Part shown: piece after piece, positions 20,493 through 29,462 of the stretch
How the letters are laid out: every line of letters begins with the position of its first letter
How positions within the stretch are numbered: position 1 is the first letter of the stretch
IMG/VR virus record: IMGVR_UViG_3300020045_007306
Coordinates: 1 to 46,404 of that record
From: a virus
Lineage: Duplodnaviria > Caudoviricetes
Strand: one strand, 5' to 3'
Length of the DNA: 46,404 nt
Program-made: the position numbers and the translations under genes
Notes under the pieces: model-generated
What the model saw: only the letters and a program-made list of their open reading frames with translations
Told to the model about the DNA's origin: nothing
Databases searched by the model: none

Positions 20493-20900
20493 ATGAAAAT
20501 CTATGTAAGAAATGATATGTTTGGATTGACGCCTTTATATCCGAGCGACTATGATAATAAAAAGAAACTCCCGTATGGTTGGGAGGGTGTTGTAGATGTA
20601 AAGATTGAAAGGAATTATAAATTTCATAAAAAATATTTTGCTCTTTTAAATATGGCTTTTCATAATCAGGAAAAATATGATAATTTTGAATTTTTTAGAG
20701 GGCTGGTTATTGTTGAGGCTGGTTATTATACGGAAACCGTTGCAACTTGGGGCGTTTACAGACAAGCAAAAAGTATTTCTTTTGATAATATGGATGAATT
20801 GGAATTTAAAGAACTTTATAAAAAAACGCTTGATGTTATTTCTAAATTTTTGAGAATACCAGAGGACGACATAATAAAAATGATTATTAACTTTATGTAA
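20493..20900 (+). CDS. DUF1367/NinB-like protein
   Basis: RNYKFHKKYFALL and AKSISFDNMDELEFKELY motifs. Confidence 0.75.
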   Translation: MKIYVRNDMFGLTPLYPSDYDNKKKLPYGWEGVVDVKIERNYKFHKKYFALLNMAFHNQEKYDNFEFFRGLVIVEAGYYTETVATWGVYRQAKSISFDNMDELEFKELYKKTLDVISKFLRIPEDDIIKMIINFM

Positions 20901-20910
20901 AAATAAATAT

Positions 20911-21336
20911 ATGATAACTAATTTCGAAACAATAACGCACGAATTAATTGATAAGGAAAAGGAAATTTTGCCCTTTTTAATTAAAGGATTCAAAACACAT
21001 ACCCAAACAAACCCAATAAAAGCCCCTGTAATAGTTAACCAGATGAATAAATTTCTACTTGCAAATGGCTATGAAATTAAATTGACAGAGCCACGTTTAC
21101 GGAAAATGGTTAATTATATCCGTGTTAATTCATTGCTCCCATTGATTGCAACCAGCGACGGATATTTTATTACTAATGAAAAAGAAATATTATTATCACA
21201 AATAAAAAGTTTAAATGAACGTGCCTCTTCAATAAAGGATTGTGCAAATGGTTTATTAAAATTTTTACCTAAAAATGATATTGCTGAATTGTTTCCCGTT
21301 AGCAATGGATCAAACTTGAAAGGAGCGACATTATGA
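20911..21336 (+). CDS. HTH-domain phage protein
   Basis: RLRKMVNYIR...PLIATSDGYF wHTH-like pattern. Confidence 0.6.
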   Translation: MITNFETITHELIDKEKEILPFLIKGFKTHTQTNPIKAPVIVNQMNKFLLANGYEIKLTEPRLRKMVNYIRVNSLLPLIATSDGYFITNEKEILLSQIKSLNERASSIKDCANGLLKFLPKNDIAELFPVSNGSNLKGATL

Positions 21337-21764
21337 AATTTGATTTAGTGGATTTTATAAAACATAAATTTCCTGTTTATATTTCTTTAACTCCGTGTCC
21401 CGCTCCAAGAATGACAAAGAGCGACCAATGGAAAACAAACCCGTTTCACCCTGATCCAAAAAAACGCCAGCGTAAATGTGTTACAAAATATTTTCAATTC
21501 AAAAATGATATTGCATATTTAATAAAAGGCAGCGAACATTTATATAAAAATGGTGTTTTAAATATTGTTTTCGTTTTAGAAATGCCAAAAAGTTGGAATA
21601 AAAAGAAAAGAGAATTAATGAATATGACTGAACACAAAAGCCGCCCAGATCGGGACAATTTATTAAAAGCAATACAAGACAGCATTGCAGTTGAAGACGG
21701 TTATTTTTGGGACGGAAGAACAACTAAATTGTGGGGTGAAAAAAATATGATAATAATTTACTAA
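21333..21764 (+). CDS. rusA: RusA-family Holliday junction resolvase
   Basis: PAPRMT and RPDRDNLLKAIQDS...EDG motifs. Confidence 0.85.
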   Translation: MKFDLVDFIKHKFPVYISLTPCPAPRMTKSDQWKTNPFHPDPKKRQRKCVTKYFQFKNDIAYLIKGSEHLYKNGVLNIVFVLEMPKSWNKKKRELMNMTEHKSRPDRDNLLKAIQDSIAVEDGYFWDGRTTKLWGEKNMIIIY

Positions 21765-21822
21765 TCATAATATATTGAGTATCAGGGAAGTAATAAATAA
21801 ATTAAAAATATATTCAAAAATA

Positions 21823-21854
21823 CTTGCATATTAAATTAATATAGTATTATTTTG
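21823..21854 (+). promoter_or_regulatory. Promoter CTTG-N20-TTATTTTG with 18-bp operator-like site
   Basis: TATTAAATTAATATAGTA 21829-46 in the spacer. Confidence 0.6.
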
Positions 21855-21907
21855 CAGAACAATTTAATTCAGAAATAAAATAAATTATTAACTAACAATT
21901 TAAAAAA

Positions 21908-22492
21908 ATGAAACCAAGTGAAAAAATTATTGACTTTTTAGGAAAAAATCCAAAAAGCAATGCAAAGGAAATTGGAAAAAAGACTGGCTTAAATTACAAA
22001 GCCGTTTTAAATGAGTTGATAAAATTGTCAAAGGCTGGGACAATTTGCAAGGAATGGGAAAATAAATGTTTCCTTTACTCTGTAAATGCAACTGAAAAGG
22101 CAAAGGAAATCGTCAAGTTTGACGCAAAGCCAAAAAAGGACAATGAGCCAGCAAAAGAAAAAGAGGTTGTTAAAACAGTTAAAAAAGAGGTTTCCGTTCC
22201 AGAGGGCAAAAAGGAAAAAGCCCCAAAGATTAAAAAGGAAAAAAAGGCTGGCGTAATTACTTCCGTGTATGAAATTATTAAAGCAGCAAAAAAGCCTATA
22301 ACAATAACAGAATTGAAAGAAAAAATATTTTCATTGTTTCCAGAGAGAAACAGAGATTCAATGGTTTCTTCAATTAATACAATGTTAATGACAAAAAAAG
22401 AGCCGTTATATTGCGAAAAGCGTTTTGGATTTACTGGTATTATTATCGGAGCAACCAAAGAAAATGAACGTACATTTATTTACAAAGGTTAA
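21908..22492 (+). CDS. Two-winged-helix, Lys-rich DNA-binding protein
   Basis: N-terminal wHTH, K/E linker, second wHTH-like domain. Confidence 0.55.
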   Translation: MKPSEKIIDFLGKNPKSNAKEIGKKTGLNYKAVLNELIKLSKAGTICKEWENKCFLYSVNATEKAKEIVKFDAKPKKDNEPAKEKEVVKTVKKEVSVPEGKKEKAPKIKKEKKAGVITSVYEIIKAAKKPITITELKEKIFSLFPERNRDSMVSSINTMLMTKKEPLYCEKRFGFTGIIIGATKENERTFIYKG

Positions 22493-22503
22493 CCGCTGGA
22501 TAA

Positions 22504-23616
22504 ATGGCTAAAATTGGGATCATTGACGCTGATTTAATCGGACGCTCGGAACATAATTTCCCAAACCTTGTTTGTATGAAATTATCGGGCTATCATAAAA
22601 ACATAGGGGACGAGGTAAAACTCATTTCCTATAATGATATTGATCCAAACGCAATGTTTTCAGAGGTATTTGAAAAGGTTTATATATCAAAAGTATTTAC
22701 AGATACTTACATTCCAGAATTTGCATTAAAATTGCCTTTTGTTGAGTATGGCGGGACTGGCTTTTATTATGATAATGCCGCACCTCTTCCAGATGAAATT
22801 GAACATACAAAGCCAGACTATAACCTTTATAATGAATGGATAAAAGAAAAAATAAGAACTGGAAAAAAGAAAAGTTATTTTAAAGAATATACAGATTACT
22901 CACTTGGATATACAACAAGAGGGTGTTTCCGAAAATGTGAATTTTGTGTAAATAAAAAATATAACAAAGTTTATCTTCATAGCCCATTGATTGAATTTGT
23001 TGATATAACAAGGAAGAAAATATGTTTACTTGACGATAATATTTTTGGGTGCGGGGAGCATTGGGAAAATATTTTAAATTGGTTGAGTGAAATTAAAATT
23101 CCTTTTAAATATAAGCAAGGACTTGACATAAGATTATTGAGTGAAAAAAAAGCACAAATACTTTCAAAATGTAAATATGACGGCGATTTTACATTTGCGT
23201 TTGATAACATTTCAGATACAAATTTAATAATTAAAAAAATTAAAATATTCAAAAAATATATGCCAAAGGTAGTTCCTAAATTATATGTTTTTTGTGCATT
23301 TGATAGGACTGGTATTTATGACCGTGATTTTTGGATCAATGATATTATAGATGTTTTTAAACGTATTAAAATATTAATGGAGTTTTCTTGCTTACCGTAT
23401 TTAATGAAGTTTGAAAAATGGAATACAAACCTTGAATTTAAAAGTATTTATACATTGCTTTCGTCTTGGTGTAATCAAGTTTCTATATTTAAAAAAATGA
23501 GTTTTCGACAATATCACGGAGAAAATAATCACGTAAGGAAATTTGAACGTAATTTTCCAGATATTGCAAATGAGTATTTTGATTTAAAATTTAAAGAGAT
23601 TGAAAAAAATAATTAA
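22504..23616 (+). CDS. Radical SAM protein
   Basis: TTRGCFRKCEFC (CX3CX2C); FPNLVCMKLS; LLDDN; QGLDIRL. Confidence 0.85.
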   Translation: MAKIGIIDADLIGRSEHNFPNLVCMKLSGYHKNIGDEVKLISYNDIDPNAMFSEVFEKVYISKVFTDTYIPEFALKLPFVEYGGTGFYYDNAAPLPDEIEHTKPDYNLYNEWIKEKIRTGKKKSYFKEYTDYSLGYTTRGCFRKCEFCVNKKYNKVYLHSPLIEFVDITRKKICLLDDNIFGCGEHWENILNWLSEIKIPFKYKQGLDIRLLSEKKAQILSKCKYDGDFTFAFDNISDTNLIIKKIKIFKKYMPKVVPKLYVFCAFDRTGIYDRDFWINDIIDVFKRIKILMEFSCLPYLMKFEKWNTNLEFKSIYTLLSSWCNQVSIFKKMSFRQYHGENNHVRKFERNFPDIANEYFDLKFKEIEKNN

Positions 23617-23623
23617 AAATAAA

Positions 23624-23655
23624 TTTGGTTTTTAAAAATAAATAGTTTTACTTTG
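23624..23655 (+). promoter_or_regulatory. Promoter TTTG-N20-TTACTTTG upstream of the replication operon
   Basis: Near-consensus boxes with 20-nt spacer. Confidence 0.6.
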
Positions 23656-23665
23656 CAAAAGTTAA

Positions 23666-23805
23666 ATGCCAATCTTCGACAAATGAAAAATAGAATTAAC
23701 ATATTTAAAATATTTCCCGTATTAAACGGAATCACAGGTAAAAGAGATGTCGAAGTCTTGGCAGCCTGTTTTTTTGTTTTTTACGGGAATCTTTTTTTAA
23801 AATAA
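23666..23805 (+). promoter_or_regulatory. Structured 5' leader with 40-aa uORF (23683-23805)
   Basis: Three complementary stem pairs; uORF MKNRINIFKIFPVLNGITGKRDVEVLAACFFVFYGNLFLK ends 5 nt before the initiator ATG. Confidence 0.65.
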
Positions 23806-23810
23806 AAAAT

Positions 23811-24491
23811 ATGGAAAAAGATTTTGCATTTTTATTTTATGTTAATGACTGGGCTGGCGGTACTCAATGGCTCTCAAGACTTCAAAGGGGTGCTTATTTG
23901 GATTTATTATTATATCAGGTGCATAATGATTTTTTTACACTTGACGAGGCGAAAACAATACTTGGGGAAGATTTTGAAAAATGCTGGAGTTCGTTAGAAA
24001 AAAAATTCATTTTTGAAAATAATAAATTTTATAATGAAAAAATGAAATTTATTTTACAAGCCAGAAAACAGTTTACGGAATCGAGAAGAAAAAATAGGAC
24101 TGGTAAAAATAGAGTTCTAAATAATAACATAAGTATAACAAGTGAAAAACTTATGGAAAATGAAGATGAAAAAGAAAAAGAAAATATAATTGAAATAGAA
24201 AAGGAAAATAAAAAAATAAAAATTCCTTTTGAATCAGAAAACTTTAAAAATATCTGGAGTGAATGGTTAACATACCGCAAAGAGATTAAAAAGCCGTATA
24301 AGTCCGTAAGGAGTGAACAGGCTCAACTCATAGAGTTATCAAAATACCCAGAGCAAACCGCAATAGAAATGATTTTACAGTCAATAAAAAACGGCTGGCA
24401 AGGAATATTTGAATTTAAAAATAATCAAAATGGATCAACAAACTCAACTGATAAAAGCCAACAGCGACTTGAGAAACTTAAACATTGGTAA
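23811..24491 (+). CDS. Putative replication initiator (YdaU/DUF1376-like N-terminus)
   Basis: AFLFYVNDW...RGAYLDLL; charged linker; WSEWLTYRKEIKKPYKS...SIKNGWQGIF. Confidence 0.7.
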   Translation: MEKDFAFLFYVNDWAGGTQWLSRLQRGAYLDLLLYQVHNDFFTLDEAKTILGEDFEKCWSSLEKKFIFENNKFYNEKMKFILQARKQFTESRRKNRTGKNRVLNNNISITSEKLMENEDEKEKENIIEIEKENKKIKIPFESENFKNIWSEWLTYRKEIKKPYKSVRSEQAQLIELSKYPEQTAIEMILQSIKNGWQGIFEFKNNQNGSTNSTDKSQQRLEKLKHW

Positions 24492-25266
24492 GTTTGAAAA
24501 GCAAATAGTTGTTTGCAGTCAAGGCAATAAGATTGAAACCGCAACTGATGAAAAAATAAAAGAGTTATTAAAATATTTATTCGTCGTTTTGGGTGTTAAA
24601 GATTTGCCAAATGAAATTGAAAAAATGATTTTAATTTCCTCAATACGTTCCACGCTCGGACGTTATACGCTTGAGGATATTGTTAAAGCATTTGAATTGG
24701 CAATGGTTAAAGTAATTACATTTGAATTATGTTTATTTGACAAGGTGTTTAATATAGTTTACTTGAATAATTTAATGAGTGTTTATGAGGTTTACAGATC
24801 GGCTTCAATGGTTAATTATAGGAAACAACTTGAAGAAAGCAAAGTAAGCGAAACTCCATTGAGTAAAGAGGAAATTGAGCAACTTAATTATAAATCTGTT
24901 CGGGCTGGTTGTATCGGTTTGTTTGAAAAATATAAATCCGCTCAAATACCAATTAATGAAATTGATTTAAGTTCAAAAGGAAACCGCTATGAGTTTTTAA
25001 GAAAATTAAATTTGATAAAATTTGAGTTTGATGAAATTGAAAAATTCCGTGAGCGTGCCGTGAAATTTATTGATTTTGAAAATGAATTAATTCCCAGACA
25101 TAAAAAAACATTTAGTAATATTATTAACACAGAGCAAACGCTGGAGCAAAAAATAGAAAGTTATATAAAAAATATTTGCGTTATGGAGTATTTTAAAACA
25201 CTAATAAAATCAAACAAAGACCTTGAAACAGAAATTAAAAAAGCAGAAAATAAAATACAAAAATAA
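24430..25266 (+). CDS. Replication-associated hypothetical protein (helicase-loader position)
   Basis: Overlaps the initiator 3' end. Confidence 0.5.
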   Translation: MDQQTQLIKANSDLRNLNIGKFEKQIVVCSQGNKIETATDEKIKELLKYLFVVLGVKDLPNEIEKMILISSIRSTLGRYTLEDIVKAFELAMVKVITFELCLFDKVFNIVYLNNLMSVYEVYRSASMVNYRKQLEESKVSETPLSKEEIEQLNYKSVRAGCIGLFEKYKSAQIPINEIDLSSKGNRYEFLRKLNLIKFEFDEIEKFRERAVKFIDFENELIPRHKKTFSNIINTEQTLEQKIESYIKNICVMEYFKTLIKSNKDLETEIKKAENKIQK

Positions 25267-25329
25267 ATTTTTTATTCACAAATAATAATTATAATTTTAC
25301 TAACAATTAAAACCAAAGAAAGGAAAACT

Positions 25330-25755
25330 ATGAGCAAAAAATTAATGTTACAAAATGAAACCCCGCAGGAGCGAAAAAGGATTTTGCGTGATAACTGTTA
25401 TGCAGTTGAAAAGTTCAATTATTCAAAGCCGTTTACGAATGAAGAATTACTTGATATAAAAGACAAGTATTCCCAGAGATCAATTGAAGTGCAAAGAGTT
25501 GAACAGGAAAAACAAAATGCCGTTGACGCTTTTAAAATGCAATTGAAACCAATACTTTTGGAGCGTGCTGATCTACTTGAAAAGATTAAAAACAAAGCGG
25601 AGCAAGTTAGTGAAGATGTGTTTTTAATGGACGATCAGGAAAACGGTGTTATGGATTTTATTAATGACGCTGGCGAAACTGTTTATTCACGTCCGTTGCT
25701 CCCAACGGAAAAACAGTTGAAAATAAAAGTTGCCAAAACTGGGACTGATAATTAA
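25330..25755 (+). CDS. Conserved coiled-coil phage protein
   Basis: 141 aa, ends SRPLLPTEKQ...KTGTDN. Confidence 0.7.
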   Translation: MSKKLMLQNETPQERKRILRDNCYAVEKFNYSKPFTNEELLDIKDKYSQRSIEVQRVEQEKQNAVDAFKMQLKPILLERADLLEKIKNKAEQVSEDVFLMDDQENGVMDFINDAGETVYSRPLLPTEKQLKIKVAKTGTDN

Positions 25756-25798
25756 TTAAATAAATTATAAATCTTAAATAAAAATAGGAGTTTAAAAA

Positions 25799-26524
25799 AT
25801 GGAAGAAAATAAAATCATTCAAATAAATGCTGGCGACAAGTCAGTAATTGAATTGCGTGAGGGCAAAGCGTTGCCATTACAAGAGCCGCAAAAAATAATT
25901 ATAAGCGGGAATATTGACACAGTTTCAAAGTATATCGGGCAACGTGGATTTGTTTCTGATAATTCCGAAGTCCCAACGGCAATTGATTTACGCAAAGCAA
26001 TTATAATTGTTGAGCGTGATAAAATGAGTATTGTATTATTAGAAAATCCAAAAGACTTTTACAGTAATACAATTTCCGCAAGTCTTCAATTGAGTACAGA
26101 GTTTAAAAAGTTTGGTATAAATGAAAATCAAACTTATACGCCCGCAGAACTTGGCGACTTTATTAAATTAAATCGTGCATACTTTACAAAAAAAGAGGAC
26201 GCAAATAAATTAGTTTCTTTGCTGAAAAATTTTACCGCAAAAGTAAATAAGCAAATTGAAGACAGCGAAGACGGAAGAGGAAATAAGGATCACGTTCGCC
26301 GTCAGGTTGTAGAAAGTAATTTGCCGCCCTCGTTCAACTTAAATCTTCCAATATTTAAAGGACAAAAGAAAGTTGAATTTGAAGTTGAAATTTGTATTGA
26401 GCCAAAAAATCTGGAGTGTTATTTGTTTTCAGCAGACGCAAACGACGTAATAATTGAAACCAGAGATACAATTATTGATGAAGAAATTTCAAAATTTGCT
26501 GGATTTTGCGTCCTTGAAAGGTAA
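25799..26524 (+). CDS. Conserved phage protein (DUF2303-like)
   Basis: LPPSFNLNLPIFKG motif; paired with the upstream gene. Confidence 0.6.
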   Translation: MEENKIIQINAGDKSVIELREGKALPLQEPQKIIISGNIDTVSKYIGQRGFVSDNSEVPTAIDLRKAIIIVERDKMSIVLLENPKDFYSNTISASLQLSTEFKKFGINENQTYTPAELGDFIKLNRAYFTKKEDANKLVSLLKNFTAKVNKQIEDSEDGRGNKDHVRRQVVESNLPPSFNLNLPIFKGQKKVEFEVEICIEPKNLECYLFSADANDVIIETRDTIIDEEISKFAGFCVLER

Positions 26525-26531
26525 AAATTAA

Positions 26532-27008
26532 ATGCCAAAAAAATGTTCTTTTCCCAGTTGTCAAAATAATTCGTTTGGTAAAGATAAGAAAACAAAAAAA
26601 ACATTTTGTTTAAATCATCAATACTTGCGTACAGATTTGAAACGGAATTTTGTGAAAGCAAAGACGCCCTTTAAACATAAAAAAAAGGCAACTGGGGAAA
26701 AAGCATTATTTGAAGAGTTAATAAATAACCTCGATCATATTTCTTTTTTATCTGGTTTAGATATTGACCGAGAGGACGGGCAAACAGATCACAACAATTG
26801 CCACCACGTTTTGAATAAAAACCAGTACAGCAAATTTAGATTATACAAAAAAAACATTATATTTATTACAAGGTTTGAACATAATTTGATACATTTTGAA
26901 ACACAGGAGCAAAGAAAAAAATATGCACAAATACAAAATTTTGATTGGAATAAACTGGAATTATTAAGAGCCGAATTACTGGCTGAATACAAACTGATAT
27001 GTTTTTAA
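26532..27008 (+). CDS. HNH/NinG-like nuclease
   Basis: CSFPSC..CLNH; CHHVLNK...NII..TRFEHNLIH. Confidence 0.6.
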   Translation: MPKKCSFPSCQNNSFGKDKKTKKTFCLNHQYLRTDLKRNFVKAKTPFKHKKKATGEKALFEELINNLDHISFLSGLDIDREDGQTDHNNCHHVLNKNQYSKFRLYKKNIIFITRFEHNLIHFETQEQRKKYAQIQNFDWNKLELLRAELLAEYKLICF

Positions 27009-27031
27009 TTTTAAAGGCTTATATCTCTTTT

Positions 27032-27214
27032 ATGGAAAAAGAGAATTGTGAAACGTGCAAAAAATCAAATACAATAAAAGTTATTAAAAAAGAATTAAAA
27101 ATAAATTACGTTTTTATCTGGAATAAATTTGAAATGAAATTATATAAACGTCGCCTCGCACGGGAAAATGATGCGACGCCAGATGATATTGAATTTGAAT
27201 ATTTAGAAAAATAA
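27032..27214 (+). CDS. Hypothetical protein
   Basis: Small ORF, CETC motif. Confidence 0.45.
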   Translation: MEKENCETCKKSNTIKVIKKELKINYVFIWNKFEMKLYKRRLARENDATPDDIEFEYLEK

Positions 27215-27225
27215 AAACCTATTAT

Positions 27226-27651
27226 ATGAAAACCGTTTTATTATCAATTATTATTTTGTTTTTCTGTTTTGTAGTTTGCCAAAGAGTTGACAGGATCACA
27301 GAGCAGCCAAAAAAAATAATTATAAAATATGAATTAACTTGGCACAAAGAAAGCGAAGACACAATTCACATTTTTAAAATCACGCCTCAAATGTTATCAG
27401 AGTTAAAAATAAAATTGATCGGGCGTGAGGGTATTTCGTTAAAGCCTTATTTGTTGTCTGGCTATTATTATATTTATTGGGGACATTTATGTAAGCAAAA
27501 CGAAAAGTATAATGGCACTTTTCAAGAGGCTGACAGCATTTTAAATAATGATGTTAACAAATGTATTTGGGAGGTTTATAGATTAATTCACGCAAAAAGA
27601 ATGGAGTTAATTCAAAATTCTTATTCAATGTTTATATCTGGGAAATTATAA
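27226..27651 (+). CDS. Membrane-anchored degenerate lysozyme (GH24)-like protein
   Basis: Hydrophobic N-terminus; REGISLKPY...IYWGHL...TFQEADSILNND. Confidence 0.5.
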   Translation: MKTVLLSIIILFFCFVVCQRVDRITEQPKKIIIKYELTWHKESEDTIHIFKITPQMLSELKIKLIGREGISLKPYLLSGYYYIYWGHLCKQNEKYNGTFQEADSILNNDVNKCIWEVYRLIHAKRMELIQNSYSMFISGKL

Positions 27652-27658
27652 AAAATAT

Positions 27659-27856
27659 ATGTATAAATTTAGTAATATATTATTTGAAAGCAATAAGCCA
27701 TTTAAGCAAATTAGATTTATTTTATTTCCAACTATTACTTTATATCATAAGCAATTAACGAATGCACATAAAATTTCAATAAGGTTTGAGTGGTTTAGAT
27801 TTTATTATGGTATATGTATTTATTATTTTGAAAATAAAAAAACAAATATATGTTAA
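27659..27856 (+). CDS. Hypothetical protein
   Basis: 65 aa ORF. Confidence 0.5.
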   Translation: MYKFSNILFESNKPFKQIRFILFPTITLYHKQLTNAHKISIRFEWFRFYYGICIYYFENKKTNIC

Positions 27857-27963
27857 ATTTCATTTTAGGTATTTTAGTAATACCAGCAATAATAATTTTG
27901 ATAATGTTAGCGGGGTATTTAAGCCCAGTTATTCAAAGATATAAATGTCGAAATAAAAAATAA
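27850..27963 (+). CDS. 37-aa single-TM peptide
   Basis: MLNFILGILVIPAIIILIMLAGYLSPVIQRYKCRNKK fills the gap between genes. Confidence 0.5.
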   Translation: MLNFILGILVIPAIIILIMLAGYLSPVIQRYKCRNKK

Positions 27964-27967
27964 AAAT

Positions 27968-28360
27968 ATGAAAACAGAAAAACAAACTTGTATGAATTGC
28001 ATTAATAACCCATATAACAAAGGAATGGGTGAGAAAATAGATTGCGAAGATGATGAGTTTATTATGGTATGTGATAAAATGGCGAATTGTATTATTGAAG
28101 AAAGAGGAGAACATCAGTTTATTCCTGTTGCAAAAGAACAGCCTATTGCTCCACCCGATAAAGTAAAGAGTGCCGAAGAAAAACCTTATATGTTTGATTT
28201 ATTTGAAACAATAAACAGGATAACGAATTATGATTGTTTGGAAAGTGAACTTGATGAAATTGTTGAGGTTACTAAAAAATACATTCCTCAACAAAGTAAA
28301 TGCAACGAATGTGAGGATATGAAAATATGGCGTGAACATTTTGCAAGGAGGGGCGAATAA
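27968..28360 (+). CDS. Cys-rich hypothetical protein whose stop lies in a TAAC core
   Basis: 130 aa; TAA 28358-60 followed by C. Confidence 0.65.
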   Translation: MKTEKQTCMNCINNPYNKGMGEKIDCEDDEFIMVCDKMANCIIEERGEHQFIPVAKEQPIAPPDKVKSAEEKPYMFDLFETINRITNYDCLESELDEIVEVTKKYIPQQSKCNECEDMKIWREHFARRGE

Positions 28361-29438
28361 CGAATGGGGCTATATGCAGTGCGAATGTACCCACTGCCGT
28401 TGATACGAGGTACACAGTAATAATTTTAAAATATTTTTAGGGATGGGAAATATAAATAAAATAAATAAAGATAATCCAGTTATTGCTTGGTGGAGTGGTG
28501 GCGTTACCAGTGCTGTTACTTGCAAACTTTGTATTGATTGGTTTGGAGTTGAAAATGTAAGGATAATTTTCATTGATACAAATAACGAGGATGAAGATAC
28601 TTACAGATTTAAAACTGAGTGTGAAAATTGGTACGAAAAGAAAATTGAAATCATCGCATCAACTGAATACAAAAATCCTTATGAAATTTGGTTTAGGTTT
28701 ACTTCATTACATGCCGCAACTGGGGCTAATTGTAGCCTATATTTAAAACGTAGAGTTAGGGAACTTTGGGAAAAAACAAACCAATTTTCTTTTCAGGCAT
28801 TTGGATTTGATATTGATGAAATGAAACGAGCAAAGGGAATGAAACTTAATAATCCAAATGCAAAACCGATATTTCCACTTATAGCCGAATTACTTACAAA
28901 GAAAGATTGTATAAAAATAGTGCAAAAAGCAAAGTCATTATTTTTACACATTGAGTTGCCAAATACTTACAAATTAGGATATTTGAATAATAATTGTTGG
29001 AAAACAGGATGCGTTCAAGGTGGAATTGGTTATTGGCAGAAAATAATGCGTGAATATCCAGAAAAATTTGAAGCGATGGCACAAGTAGAACATGAATTGA
29101 GTGAAAAAAAAGGAAGCCCTGTAACTATTTTAAAAGACCAAACAAAAGGCGGTGGGCTTGTATTTTTAAAACACAATCCGAAATATCCAACAATTAAAGA
29201 TATTACGCAGGTTAAAGGCAGACCAGTAATGTCACTTGTTGAATGTAATGGATTTTGCGGGATGGATGACATAGAGCCATCAGAAGCATCAAAGGAACTG
29301 AATTATGAAGAATAAAAACCTTAATGGCTTTGAAAAAGCCAAAGTGCGGTGGGAAAAATATTTTAAAATTATGGTAAAATTAGAACAAAACTTGATACGA
29401 AGCACGACTGTAAGCATTGCATATAGCCCGTGTTACCG
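28355..29438. mobile_element. Split attC-like inverted-repeat element enclosing a gene
   Basis: TAAC-gaatg-GGGCTATATGCAGTGC (28358-82) pairs with GCATTGCATATAGCCC-gt-GTTA (29414-35); inner perfect 19-bp IR 28420-38 / 29354-72. Confidence 0.6.
28443..29315 (+). CDS. PAPS-reductase/PP-loop family protein
   Basis: WWSGGVTSAV PP-loop; NNNCWKTGCVQGGIGYW; C-terminal ECNGFC. Confidence 0.8.
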   Translation: MGNINKINKDNPVIAWWSGGVTSAVTCKLCIDWFGVENVRIIFIDTNNEDEDTYRFKTECENWYEKKIEIIASTEYKNPYEIWFRFTSLHAATGANCSLYLKRRVRELWEKTNQFSFQAFGFDIDEMKRAKGMKLNNPNAKPIFPLIAELLTKKDCIKIVQKAKSLFLHIELPNTYKLGYLNNNCWKTGCVQGGIGYWQKIMREYPEKFEAMAQVEHELSEKKGSPVTILKDQTKGGGLVFLKHNPKYPTIKDITQVKGRPVMSLVECNGFCGMDDIEPSEASKELNYEE

Positions 29439-29462
29439 TGAACGAAGTGGCGTTTTAATGCA

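Noticed and set aside
24150-24225. Origin iterons inside the initiator gene
   Set aside because: The purine-rich run is explained by the E/K/N linker; no discrete repeats.
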